Below, piece after piece: positions 25,366 through 37,864 of a stretch of DNA of 64,000 nt. The stretch comes from Octopus sinensis. Its lineage: Eukaryota. A model generated the notes under the pieces. The model saw only the letters and a list, made by a program, of their open reading frames with translations. It was not told the origin of the DNA and made no database searches. The position numbers were made by a program, and so were the translations under genes. Location: contig NC_043000.1 of assembly GCF_006345805.1 (NCBI RefSeq), forward strand, positions 114,018,001-114,082,000, written 5' to 3'. Every line of letters starts with the position of its first letter. Position 1 is the stretch's first letter.

Positions 25366-25401
25366 CAGTACCGGTTTCAGTCATTGAAACTTTTTCAACT
25401 G
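25366..25401 (-). ncRNA. Minimal type I hammerhead-like motif, U3-A8 core variant (sense to the MFS pre-mRNA)
   Basis: CAG-UUGAAAA-AGUU/UCAAU/GACU-GAA-ACCGGU-A-CUG; stem II fully paired with one U-G. Confidence 0.55.
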
Positions 25402-25662
25402 TAAGTATGGAAAACAATTAAATTTTGGAAAAATTAAAAGAAAAGATTTTAAAGGAATATTTGCATAGTGTTCAAATACAAGGGGCATTTTCCTTGTTTC
25501 TACCTCTCTTGTTCGAAGTCGTTGAACCTACAAGAGTAAACAAGAGAGACAGAAACAGGCAGAAACAAGGAGAATGTCACTTGTATTTGAACACTATGCA
25601 AATATTCTTTTAAAAAGCTTTTCTTTTAATTTTTTCCAAAATTTAATTGTTTTCTATACTCA

Positions 25663-25698
25663 CAGTTGAAAAAATCTCAATGACTGAAACCGGTACTG
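25663..25698 (+). ncRNA. Minimal type I hammerhead-like motif, U3-A8 core variant
   Basis: CAG-UUGAAAA-AAUC/UCAAU/GACU-GAA-ACCGGU-A-CUG; one stem II mismatch. Confidence 0.5.
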
Positions 25699-25754
25699 AA
25701 ATGTTTTTTATAAAATTATTTTATCATTTTCTACATTGACATTTTTCCATATAT

Positions 25755-25829
<75 letters not shown>

Positions 25830-25915
25830 ATACATATATATATATATACATATATACATACATACATACATACATATATATATATAATATAGCGCGTACG
25901 TACATTTTGGTCTCT

Positions 25916-25965
<50 letters not shown>

Positions 25966-26376
25966 ACACACACACCCATACACACACACACAGAGAGTTA
26001 CACACATGTATCTGACACTGATGTCGCCCCAGTAATGAGTATGATCGTTATTGTTTGTTAATGAGCTTCAAATGAAGATCAGTTACAGTCGAGCTAATGA
26101 TTGCTTCGCAGTTATTAATACGTTTTCCATTTAAATGCAATACAATGTGTGTGTGTGTGTTGTGTGTGTGTGTGTGTGTACGTGTGTGCGCATGTGCGTG
26201 TGCGTGTTTGATATATCCGATATACATATATAGTCTTGTATGTTTTTTCGTGTACTTGTTTCAGTCATTAGACTCCGGCCATACTGGGGCACTGCTTTGA
26301 AGTATTTTAGTCGAGCGAATCAACCCTAGCACTTCATTACTACTACTACTACTACTACACTACTATGCTATTGCTG

Positions 26377-26422
<46 letters not shown>

Positions 26423-26489
26423 AACTACTACTACTACTACTATTGCTGCTGCTGCTGCTGTTACAGCAAAGAAGGAAATTTTATTCTTT

Positions 26490-26700
26490 TCTACTCTAGT
26501 CACATGGCCCGAAGTGTTTTGGGGAGGGCCTAGTCAATTAGATCGGCCCCAGTACGTAACAGCTACTTAATTTATCGACCCCGAAAGGATGAAAGCAAAG
26601 TCGACCTCGGGGGAATTTGAACTCAGAACATAAAGACAGACGAAATACCGCTAAGCATTTCGCCCGGCGTGCTAACGTTTCTGCCAGCTCGTCGCCTCGG
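26490..26700 (-). mobile_element. SINE family B
   Basis: Family body and head. Confidence 0.82.
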
Positions 26701-26953
26701 ACATTTTTAAGTATGCTGACTACTTGTTGGAATTGATATTATTTAATAATATCATTTAATAATATTAATTTCTACTCATATTATTAAACAACTACTTCTG
26801 TAACTATAAAGTTTTATTTCCCGGCCTCCGTCAGGAATTCCAGAATTCTAGTATGGGATGTAGTAGCAGAAGGGGGTGGTGTCAGTTATTATTTGTGATG
26901 TCTGATGTTCTAGGCTCTTCGTATGTGATGTAGTATGAGTAGTGATCACTTAC

Positions 26954-27160
26954 CATGGCTGAGAAAACTGCTCCTGGAGCAGCTACACATATGTGGGCGA
27001 CAGCTCTCGAACTGGCGAATGGTAACAGGGCATAGTTTCCGGCGAAACCGAAATTAATAAAACACATCCATATGAAGAACAAAGGTTTACCCAACAACTC
27101 CGTGACGTTGAGGGTGAGCGTGAAGACAGCGAACAAGGTGGACAAGCTCATCATAGATAC
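26954..27160 (-). CDS. MFS transporter exon (TM9-TM11): VSMMSLSTLFAVFTLTL...FAGNYALLPFASSRAVAHICVAAPGAVFSAM
   Basis: Acceptor tccttctag|GTA, donor ATG|gtaagt; 207 nt, phase 0/0; hydrophobic, G.YALLP motif. Confidence 0.88.
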
Positions 27161-27722
27161 CTAGAAGGACATAGACATGTAAACAGTGAAATATACCGGT
27201 TTGATCACGTAAAATCATTCACAGATACCCACCCACCCTCTGGTCCATTTGGTGCGCTTTCTTTACTGTCTGTCTGTTCTGCCATTACTATAATAGCCTA
27301 TTGTAATGGCTTATGTCACTCTTAAAAAAATCTGACCCGCTCTTTTCTCTTCGTTTCATAAACCCTTGGGTCCAAGCCAATCCTTAAGGCCTGCAATAGT
27401 GATCACAGCAGTTATTCCTTCATTCCCAGGACGTCGGTATTTTGGAATACCTCCTTTGCGTATGTATTTCCCGAAATGTGCTGACCAGTAAAGATTCAAG
27501 AACATGATTTCGATGTCAACAGAGAGTGTCTTTAATTAGATGTTTGATAGTCATAGCACTGACCACTGAGTTAAAATTGTTTTCTACACAGACAGCGTCT
27601 CTGAATAATAAATCGAAGTGATTTATTCAATTGATGATGCTAATTTTGACGTTTGTATCATGCGTAATATTGTACATCTCTTTAATGAAACACTCGTCGC
27701 TACTTCAGTAAGTACAGTGAAA

Positions 27723-27781
27723 CTGCTTCACTGATGAGGTCTAATAACACTGAAACGTTCCTGGAGTTGTCTGCAGAGCAG
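27723..27781 (+). ncRNA. Degenerate type I hammerhead-like motif with GUC site
   Basis: CUGCUUCA-CUGAUGA-GGU..ACU-GAAAC...GUC-UGCAGAGCAG; imperfect stems. Confidence 0.4.
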
Positions 27782-28049
27782 CTAATGTCTTTCCTTCACT
27801 ACTGCCTATTTTTATTTCTGCTTTTTTACGTTTACTAAAGTAAGTATACGAATACTATCTCGACTTCTGTCTTTCTGCTGGATTATATCTTGAAAGCTTG
27901 GTGGTGTCTTTCGCTATTGTCCCTAGTGACCTTCTCCGCCCCATTAAACTTGGCTGTTTACAGCGTTACTTAGTCTCCCCAGCTGTCCACGATGGATCTA
28001 TTTCTTGTACCACCAGTCCTCATATCCACCCCATCTCAAAGATTACTAT

Positions 28050-28205
28050 CTGCGTGTCTCCCCAACCCCGCCACCACCACCACTACGACCACCACCACCC
28101 CAACCACCACCACCACCACCACCACCACCCCAACCACCACCACCACCACCACCCCAACCACCACCACTACCACCACCAAAACCACCACCACCACCACCAC
28201 CACCC
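28050..28205 (+). repeat. Imperfect (CAC)n tract
   Basis: Source of the poly-His/Thr/Pro ORFs in the track. Confidence 0.95.
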
Positions 28206-29412
28206 CACTATCGCTCTATCACTGCCACCCCACCTCATCGCTAATTGCAGTCAACTAACCTCCTCTATGCCATTATAATTAAACGATAATACCATTTAAA
28301 GCCAGTCTGCGTCAGTCTTCATAGGCGACGAAACTATTTCACCATCGAGATGCTTCTGCTGCTGACAAATTGTGTTACCAAGAAGATAACATTACAAGGT
28401 AAAAGCTTGTTGTCTTTGAACACTCCTGGGATATTACAGAATGTGTACAGCACCAGAGGTCACTACTATCAATGACGTTTAAATAGAGGTGTCCTTCACA
28501 TTATGGAATCTTTGCACTCCTGAAAATTTTGCTGTAACATGAACTTTCGTAACGAGAAACATATTTTACTATTGACCTCTACGTTATGTGGAAATCCATG
28601 AACGTTGACTTTAATTGTAATTTAGTGCTTAAAGCAGCTGAATTATGTAAATTTTCTCTTGATGAAGGGAGCCGGGCTTACCTTACAATCTCTCTACAAC
28701 TATTTACTAGTTGCATATCCAAACGTTTTGCACATTCAATCTGCAAATTATGATCATTACCATTATTACGTAAATCCAAATTTCCTGAAACAGCTGTCGA
28801 GTTACGACAGTTGTTTCTTTTCTTTTTAATGTTCTGTGTATTTTATGGTTACGTAAATATTTAGTATATATGTATGTGTTTACTTTTATGAATATATGTA
28901 GTTATATGTGTGTATATGTGTGAGTGTCCACAAGTGTGTGTAAATAAACATGAATGTTTTCAATACCTCTACATGCATGCAATAAACTCAGTTGAGACCC
29001 GATCTTAGTCGAATAAAATTTTCACTAACCTGCTACTAACAAAATGTTGCAAAACGCTAAAATAAATGGTTAACACAAGATTTATCTTGTTTATTGATGA
29101 TGCAGACCTGTTAGAGGGAGGGAGGAGGCGCTCATTATTATGGTGGTAACAGTGAATACGTCTCCGACGTTCCTCTACAAAAGGTCTTACGACAAAGACA
29201 TATTTAAGGAACACAGAAAGAAGTCACAATGGAACAAAGGGACGCAGTTCTAAACAGAAAGTCACAATTTGGAACCATACAGGGAGTAATGTGAGGAATA
29301 AGTTGAATGGTTATAAGAAAAACAACACCAACACCACCATCAACAACAACAACGACTGTGATCCCTACAAAACTAAAGGGATAAAATAAGTAAATACCGG
29401 CAAAACACTTAC

Positions 29413-29535
29413 TCTGAAGGTAAACTTGTCTGCCACAATACCCCACGTGATTCTTCCAAACGCGTTGAACAGTGATGAGCATGCGCCGACTGTTGACAGG
29501 AAGAAGTCATCGTTGATGAACGTTTGACCGTAAGC
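29413..29535 (-). CDS. MFS transporter exon (TM8): AYGQTFINDDFFLSTVGACSSLFNAFGRITWGIVADKFTFR
   Basis: Acceptor ttcccacag|GCT, donor AGA|gtaagt; 123 nt; GR..WG..AD MFS motif-A-like signature. Confidence 0.93.
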
Positions 29536-30015
29536 CTGTGGGAAAAACAGAGTTTTATTCATACATATATACGAGAGTATTGTAGTTCGCTTGAAGCATT
29601 GTCTATTGTTTATAAAGAATGAAAAGTTTTGAATGGTACAACAATGCACTATAATATAAACAATGGGATATATTCCTTTTGTAATTTAGTCATCCATAGT
29701 CTGATAATATTTCAGAATAAAATTCCTTCTTCAGATATTCTTAGATGGAGTCACACATACACATCGTTATATACACATACAAGCATACATACGTTTATAT
29801 ATATATATTTATATCATCTAGTGTCTCCTTTTTTTAAGAATGCATTTTTCAAGTAATTTCGCAGTTATTTCTAGCAGGCTAAGCTACCACATATAAACTC
29901 CGCCTTCGACTCGTAATATCACGATGTAAGTGAGCGTTATGAACCGTTTCAATCTGATTAGAAAGGAATCGTATTTTTCATTGTTCAGTAAAATAAATTT
30001 TACCACAAGACTTAC

Positions 30016-30142
30016 CTTCCAAAGAGTTAACATAAAGGCAATCCCCTGTCCATTAAGTACGAAAATAAACCATAATTTGTAGAATGTCTTTGTTTTAAAT
30101 AACCGTAAAGGCCGCATTATCCTCTCTCGACGACTGTTTGAT
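30016..30142 (-). CDS. MFS transporter exon (TM7): (K)SNSRRERIMRPLRLFKTKTFYKLWFIFVLNGQGIAFMLTLWK
   Basis: Acceptor atttacag|A, donor AAG|gtaagt; 127 nt; P..L.KT..FY.LW motif typical of the start of the MFS C-terminal half. Confidence 0.9.
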
Positions 30143-30569
30143 CTGTAAATATATTGGGAAATATTTCAGTGAGGCTTCCATATTTTTGAATAGACTCAAA
30201 CATCTGTTCGAAATGGTCACCATGGATTTTAGTAAATTTAGTAACAAGAATTCGGTGTAGGCAGGAACAGGATCGAACATAACAAACTAAAATATTTTTG
30301 TTGTTTCTGTTGTTGTTTAATCTCAAGTCAGTCATTACGAAATAGAAACATTTAATCAAAACATTCCAATCGTGTCCATGACATCTTTTCCAATTACTGT
30401 TAAAGGGTCTACATTCTCCTCGAGTTTCCTTTTTTTTTTTTCAGACCAAAGGATATTATCTGAGGGGAACTTGACCGCTATTTCTAGCACATTCAGTGAC
30501 CATGTAAAGGCTCCATCGTTGGATCTTTGAAGATGCTATTGTTGTTTAATATGATCAGATATTAAAGAC

Positions 30570-30797
30570 ATCGAACTGGCAGAAACGTTAGCGTCCCGGG
30601 CGAAATTCTTAGCGGTATTTCGTCTATCTTTACGTTCTGAGTTCAAATTCCGCCGAGGTCGACTTTGCCTTTCAGCCTTTCGGGGTCGATAAATTAAGTA
30701 CCAGTTGTGCACTGAGGTCCATCTTATCGACTTAATCCCTTTGTCTGTCCTTGTTTGTACCCCCTATGTTTAGCCCCTTGTGGGCAATAAAGAAATA
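30570..30797 (+). mobile_element. SINE family B, near full length
   Basis: ctggcagaaacgttagc head to ggcaataaagaaataa tail; gatattaaa repeated on both flanks. Confidence 0.85.
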
Positions 30798-30809
30798 AGA
30801 TATTAAATA

Positions 30810-32555
30810 TTGATCAGATATTAAATAGCCGTGGGCCCTTGAATCCCAAGCTATTGCAGTACATGGTCCTCGCTCTAAACAAGAGAGCTGGGACCATTGG
30901 ATTCATGTAGTGATGATCAGTTCGGGGGCTGGTATAGACTAGTTATTTATTGGTATAGGTTACTCTAAGAAAAATGGGGAGGCGGCTATGATAGCCAAAC
31001 GACATATTTAAACACGAACTCACTGATGTAGGGCAACAGAATATCTTCGTATCATTACAGTTCATATATCAAAAAACCTTATTGTCTGAGTTTCTATTTT
31101 ATTCATGTCTTTCATTCAGACATAATAACACATTAAAGATCGCATTCTACATTTCTTGGAGGTCAAATGACCATAAAAATCTCCTTTAGCTCATTAGTGT
31201 CGCTCATTCTATTGTTGCTAGTTGTGGTGGTGGCTGTGCTTGGTGGTGGGGGTGATTGTCTAGTGGAAGGGGTGGCTGTGAATGTGATGCAGTTGTTTAA
31301 ACAGGTCAGTCCTGAGCCAGATGAAAAATGAACGTTGTGCTTCGATATGAAATAAGGCCAGATATATAGAGTCTCTCCAATTTAGAAAGGACTAATTGTG
31401 ATTTTCAAATCAAGATGAACCAGTTTTCCGCATCAATATTGTCTGTGAGTTATGATCACAAAAATGAAAACTCACGAATCATCAAACAACATCCTGTAGT
31501 CACCATATTCATTTCTACTCTAGGCACAAGGCTCGAAATTTTTGGGGAGGTGACCTGTGGACAAGATCGACCCCACTGCGCAACTGGTGCTTAATTTATC
31601 GACCCCGAAAGGATGAAAGGCAAAGTCGACCTTGGTGGAATTTGAACTCAGAACGTAAAGACAGACGAAAAGTCACCATATTTCAAACGTATAACTCACC
31701 AAATTAATCATCGTTCACCATTTTATGTTATTTTGAAAAATACTTTTCGACTGCATTTGTCATATATTCTTCAATCGATTAACACGAATCACGACTCAAG
31801 TCTACAGAAATTTCTGTGAACTCAAACGAGATCTTTGTTAAACATTCATTGTATTATTCCAGACCATTGTAGAATGGTATGCTCGGGTTAGAAGCGAGAC
31901 TGGGTAGGTAGTACTTTTATCGTCTCAAAACAACAAAATAGATCTTCTCTATGGTACCTGCTTACAGACTGCCAGGTGGAACAAGAACTTATCAATTCCT
32001 CAGTTTGCTACTCACAATATCGAATATGGAAAACACTAAAAAAAATAATATGCATATGAACATCTGCCTTGCCACGTAATTAAAGATTATAACTGTATAA
32101 TTCCAGTTGACATTCATCCGTGTAAATTCCTACATCCACAATATTGGTAAAATTTCTGTTACATATTCTCAGCACACTGATTTAAAGAACATAATAGAGT
32201 GGAAGGAATTCGCCCAAGTAAAAACTGGTAAGGCAAATTCAATTTCTTCTAATAGTTAGATTGAGGAATAAAATAGAAACTCAGACAATAATGCTCTTTG
32301 ATATATGAACTGTAATGATACGAAGATTATTCTGTTATCCAACATCAGTTCGTGTTTAAATGTGTCGTTTGGCAATCATAGCCGCCTCCCCATTTTTCTT
32401 TGAGTAACCTATACCAGCAAATAACTAATCTATACCAGACCCCGAACTGATCGTCACTACATGGATCCAATGGTCCCAGCTACCCTGTCTAGAGCGAGGA
32501 CCATGTACTGCAAGAGCTCGGGATTCAAGGGCCCACGGCTATTTAATATCTGATC
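30810..32555. repeat. ~220-bp inverted duplication (30810-31030 / 32340-32555) spaced by about 1.3 kb
   Basis: tgatcagatattaaatagccgtgggccc...aaacacgaact matches the reverse complement of agttcgtgtttaaa...cccacggctatttaatatctgatca. Confidence 0.85.
31505..31670 (-). mobile_element. SINE family B, partial
   Basis: Family body. Confidence 0.78.
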
Positions 32556-32790
32556 AAAACAGCTGAGAGGTCTACATGGAGTAGGGGTAGATTTTTACAT
32601 GAATCAACAACCTCCTGTGGTCCAAGGTCCCAGGTAAATCTACATCACGGCAAGAAAGTCAAAAGGGGGTAGCAATATCGAGCTCCCTCCTTCACCAAAA
32701 GCCAGTCACATAAGAATGTTCATTGAAAAGGTGATAACACTGGCGTTGCCCCAGCATGGTCACAGCCTTGGAACTGAAACGCATAAAAAT
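32430..32790 (+). mobile_element. CR1-like LINE 3' fragment with SINE-like tail
   Basis: TMYCKSSGFKGPRLFNI..QLRGLHGVGVD C-terminal remnant, then ggcgttgccccagcatggtcacag...ctgaaac tail. Confidence 0.6.
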
Positions 32791-33613
32791 ATCTAAGGAA
32801 CATATTTACATAAAGATCGTGAAAATAAGTGGAAGACGACGATTGAGTGCATTGGAGCTGAGGAAAGCCAAAGTTGACCTCAGCAGGATTTGATCTCAGA
32901 GCGTAGAGAGTCAGATTAAATATTGCATGGTATATTATCCGACACTGTTATGATTCTGCAATGTCGCCAGTTACTGGATAAATAGGGTTAGGGAGACATG
33001 TATAAATAGATGACTAGGGAGACTGGCGGAGGAAAGGAGAGATAGGCAGATAAATAAAGATAATTTTGTGGACAAAGCGAGAAAGAGAAATAGAGAGAGG
33101 AGTGCGGGCAAGAGAGAATAGTAAGAGGGAGAAGAAGAGGAAGAGAGCGGGAATGGAAAATAGGTGAAGGAAGAGAGAATGTAGAAGCAAGTTAATTTGA
33201 CAATTGCAGAAACCATTAGAGAGATGGAATCGTGGAAACAATGGTAATCACACAAGTGAACAAGAGACCAGGCAAACAAGAAACACGATAGTAATTTGCA
33301 CATTTTTCTACATTGAAAAGGGAGACAAAATGTCGGCTGCAAACGTAAGGAAGAGTCGTCTGCTTGTTACTTTCTCCGTCTAGTGACTGGCAATCAAAAA
33401 CTTCAGCTTATTTCTTTTTGCTTTTTCAATGATAAAGAAGGAAAGTGAGTGAAAGAGAAAAGGTTTAATTGTCAAAATACATCGTTTGTTTTGCCAATCA
33501 CTGACAATCGATTTGGTGGAGGAAAAAAGTGTATCAATATCATAGCATTGAAGTGGTAGGAACAAGTTCCTGCGAAATAGGTTATTTTATTTATTGATCA
33601 ATCTAGTAATTAA

Positions 33614-33664
<51 letters not shown>

Positions 33665-34117
33665 ATGTTTGATCAGGGTTTTGATTCAGAAAGCGTGTGT
33701 CAGAACTGGACACGTTTGTGTTCTGAAAAAGTTGAATTCTAATTGTTACAACTGCAACAGCAACAAACACGACGAGGACGACCTTGCCATCAAGGTAATA
33801 TTTTCTTTGGAAAACAGATTGTTTTCTTTCTAGACCATAGGTTTCATTTTAGCAGGTGACTTCTCAATGAGGTGTTTATTTTAGTATTTTCAGCCATTAA
33901 TGATTGCATTTGTTCCCCAAGCTTATTTAAATTTGTAACTGCATACTTATTTACATAACTTTATTGCGACTGTTTCGACGCAATACTAAACACTATCATG
34001 CCAAGGTCACTTTTAATAAATAAAAACGATACTGTAATCTATCTATTGTATGATAACAATAAAAACACGTGTGTGTGTGTGTGTATGTGTATGTATATGT
34101 ACATATACATGCACACA

Positions 34118-34160
<43 letters not shown>

Positions 34161-34541
34161 ACACACACATATATATATATATATGGTAAACAAACAAAAG
34201 AATGAAGATGATGGTATTACATGGATATGTTAAAGGTTACGAGCGTTTCAATATCTAGTAGAATAGCATTTCATCAATTTTCACATTGGTTTGTACTGGC
34301 TTTTAGAGCATTTAAATGCAGTGTTCCCACGATCAAGCTTCTAGTGTCTGGACGTATTGATCGTCGTCAAGCAGGAGGAGGACGAGAAGAAGAAGAAGAA
34401 GAAGAAGAAGAAGAAGAAGAAGAAGAGGAGGAAAATAAAAGAAGAGGAAGAGACTGACAAGAAGATCAACAGAAGCAGTAGCAGCAGCAGCAAAAATTAC
34501 ATTAGCTAGATACTTTTTAAAGAGAAAGAAGAATTACTCAC

Positions 34542-35434
34542 TTTCCGAAAATATTTCTGAAAACAAATTCCGGAACACTTAGTCGTCGACTGAGCCTTCT
34601 GAATTCCAGCACCAACCTCTCGGCTGTTGAGGGTCTCCGTCTTTGGTCGGCCGAAATATCAAAGTGGACTTTATGAGGTGCAACACCGGAGCTCATTGTT
34701 TCAATGTCTTTTTCAGCAACACCGCTGAAGCGTCGTTTTTTGCCCATTGGCACCATATCGATGGGGTCACCATCAGTCTCTGTTGTATTAGTATTAATAT
34801 TATTTGCTAAAGTATCATGCGTTGTAATGGAGTTGCTAGTGTTAATATTCTCAGTAGTAACTGATGTCGTTTCAGGATTATTCTCATCAGACGCTTCGTT
34901 GATACAAACAGATTTCTTCTTCTTCGGCTTCCTAGAAATAGTCGGCGATGATCGTAGGTTTCCGAAAGTTCCACCGTCATTAAAATCATCGTCATCAGAA
35001 TTATCGCCGCCATCACCCACGCCACGTTTATTACCATCCAAATCCGCCATGCTGCCGTCCACCTCGTAGTCGGGAACGAACGACGGGTTGTCATGTTCCG
35101 ACTGCAGCTCATACGGAACTATGGTGGTCGTGGAATATGTAGAGTGGACCGTGTTGTAATTGTTGTCGTCGTCTGAATCGAGAGAATTTCGTCGAGAAGA
35201 CGAAACGTTTTCGTAAGTTCCTTCTTTCGAAATGTTGATCGTCGTAGCTGGCAGCACTTCATAGGATCCATCGGAATTAGCAACACTTAACTCTGACACT
35301 CTCCTCTCGATGCTATCATCCAGCTTATTCATGGCGTTGATTGCCTCCAGACGACTCGACGCCCTTTGCTTACGTTGAAGATGACTTTGACGTTCCGCCA
35401 GTGAAACTGTCATACTCACTGTGATAATTTGTTC
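34542..35434 (-). CDS. MFS transporter large central-loop exon (297 codons, acidic/Ser-Thr rich, no TM segment)
   Basis: Acceptor ttatttgttcag|GAA, donor AA|gtgagt; 893 nt open in frame (ORF track 34538..35419); phase 0 in, phase 2 out, fits exons on both sides. Confidence 0.85.
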
Positions 35435-35493
35435 CTGAACAAATAAATGAATAAATATATGAGTAACATGTTGCGAACATAGATGTCTGTCTG

Positions 35494-35563
<70 letters not shown>

Positions 35564-35943
35564 AATCTGTCTATATATATATATATATATATACATACGG
35601 TAATGTTGAACAGTGCGAACGAGTTTTCAACGCCGCATTGGTGGATAAATATTCTTTATTTGTGGGTTAACAAGGCTACCATTGGTTTCATGCCTGGAAT
35701 TGTCAGAAACTATCAGGACTGACACATGGGAATTAGAACTCGTCTCCGTCTTGGATTAAAATGCAGCAAATTTACACGAGACTGTGCGGGATTTTGGAAT
35801 AATATCATGTAGCTTCGTTGTATTCGCATGCAAGATGGAGATGAGTAACTACGTTCTATGTGGCAAATCTGATAATTGCTGAGAATTTTCAGCACGAAAC
35901 CAACGGTATCCTTGTTAACTAAAAGATAAAGTATCTATCTATC

Positions 35944-36007
<64 letters not shown>

Positions 36008-36015
36008 AGGAAATA

Positions 36016-36093
<78 letters not shown>

Positions 36094-36456
36094 GGGAGAA
36101 TGTTAGTAGTAATTTAGTTGGCGGACTTTGGCTGATGAGAAATCAGGCACCTATTTGGCGCTAAATTTCGAAACTGGTACCAGGTTGACCAGCATTTACT
36201 TGTTCTGACCCATTTGAGGTAAGACATTATTATTGTTCACTGATATTTTTTCCCATCATGTCTGTAATACATTTGTGACTATTCGGTGGTACAGAAGTAG
36301 TTTTTGATTTCTATCATTAGCGATATAGGTATTCATGTAGTACCCTTGTGTATATTTGTACTTATCTAAAATTGTATGTATATATTTTATTAATTTGTCT
36401 GTACGGCTGATAATTCGCTTACCACACGTGATGGTATTTTAATAATACCATTCCTA

Positions 36457-36495
<39 letters not shown>

Positions 36496-37180
36496 CTAAA
36501 GGATGAAAGGTAAAGTCCACCTCGGTGAAATTTTAAATCAGAGCGTAAAAACGGACGAAATGCCGCTAAGCCTTTTGCTCGGCGTGCTAACGATTCTGCC
36601 TGCTCGCCGCCTTACAATGTAATATTTGATATAGTAAAATAGCAAAATTTACGAAAACGAAGTTTGAAAATCAAACCATGTTAGAATTGAATGGACTAAT
36701 ATATTTATCTATACACAATTTTATAAACCCTGAAATACATACATACATACATACATACATACATACATACATACATACATACATACATACATACATGCAT
36801 ACATACATACATATATACATACATACATACATACATGGCAAGAGAGAAAAGAAACAGGTGACCTAACTAGCGTTTTTCCGTTGTCTTATTACAGTACCCT
36901 GTCCATTCGGCAAGCCGTGCCCCCCACGCATGTTAAGCAAATGCTCTTCTATTGTCCTTTGTTTTGTTTAACAAAATACAATCACAATATTGTGTAGTAT
37001 TGACAGTGAATTCTGTTGTATTACTTGTACGACTGCCGAAATAATGGCAGAGGATGCAGGACTTTGATACAATTCGATATTTTGACAACTAGTTACTGAA
37101 ATTGGGACAATAGCTATTGCAGAAATGTGTGTGGTTAAATTGTTCGCTTTGCAACAACATTACTCTGGATTCAGTCTCAC

Positions 37181-37496
37181 TGTTTGTTTGTTTTGTTTGT
37201 TTCTTCTCGATCCACGCCTGGCTCATAAGGGCCGGTTTCCCGGTTTCCTTGGCGTATAGGTTCCCCACCCGAACGGGACGCCGGTCCGTCGCAGGTGAGC
37301 TGCAAGTTGCAGGAGGAAAGAGTGAGAGAAAGTTGTGGCGAAAGAGTCAGCAGAAGTTCGCCATTACCTTCTGCCGGAGCCGCGTGGAATTTAGGTATTC
37401 CGCTCATAAACACACACATCGTCCGGTCTGAGATTCGAACCCGCGATCCCTCAACTGCGAGTCCGCTGCTCTAACCACTAGGCCATGTGCCTCCAC
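37181..37496 (-). mobile_element. tRNA-derived SINE with V-domain-like core
   Basis: Head tggcctagtgg...ggttcgaatc, core ctgcgacggaccggcgtcccgt; 9-bp TSD cagtctcac. Confidence 0.85.
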
Positions 37497-37864
37497 CAGT
37501 CTCACAGTACATCACCTTAAACATTTGTCTCCTCTTCTTTTGAATGAGAGTACCTGCTCGTTAATCTATCAGGAACCGTTTCTATTATTGGGTGCTAGAG
37601 AAACATTGGTTACTTTGAATGGATTCCATTCAATTACAAATAATCGTAAAAGGCTTTCTGTCTAATTATATCTTCCTTCTTTCCTCCCGACAGTCAAGAG
37701 TCCCTTAAAATGGTTATCAATGTCATCCGTCCTCTTCTGACTAACTCTTATTGAACAAAAATTGATGTCTTTAATTACTTCATCAATTTAAGAAAGTTTA
37801 TTGATTTCAGTCGTCTATCTGTGACATTCTTCAACGTTTGCCTAACCAATACACATAAAGACAG

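Larger units (their letters stand above)
25310..25752. mobile_element. Penelope-like palindromic element, ~190-bp arms at roughly 90% identity
   Basis: 25310-25495 vs 25560-25752 reverse complement; microsatellite flanks. Confidence 0.85.

Noticed and set aside
27898-28278. Poly-Pro/poly-His/poly-Thr ORFs resembling extensin or mucin
   Set aside because: All three frames are open because of a (CAC)n tract; no splice context.
37420-37496. tRNA genes at 13629, 37420-37496 and 55211-55290
   Set aside because: tRNA-like A/B boxes continue into SINE bodies with tails (TSDs at 13629 and 37181); no complete acceptor stem seen.
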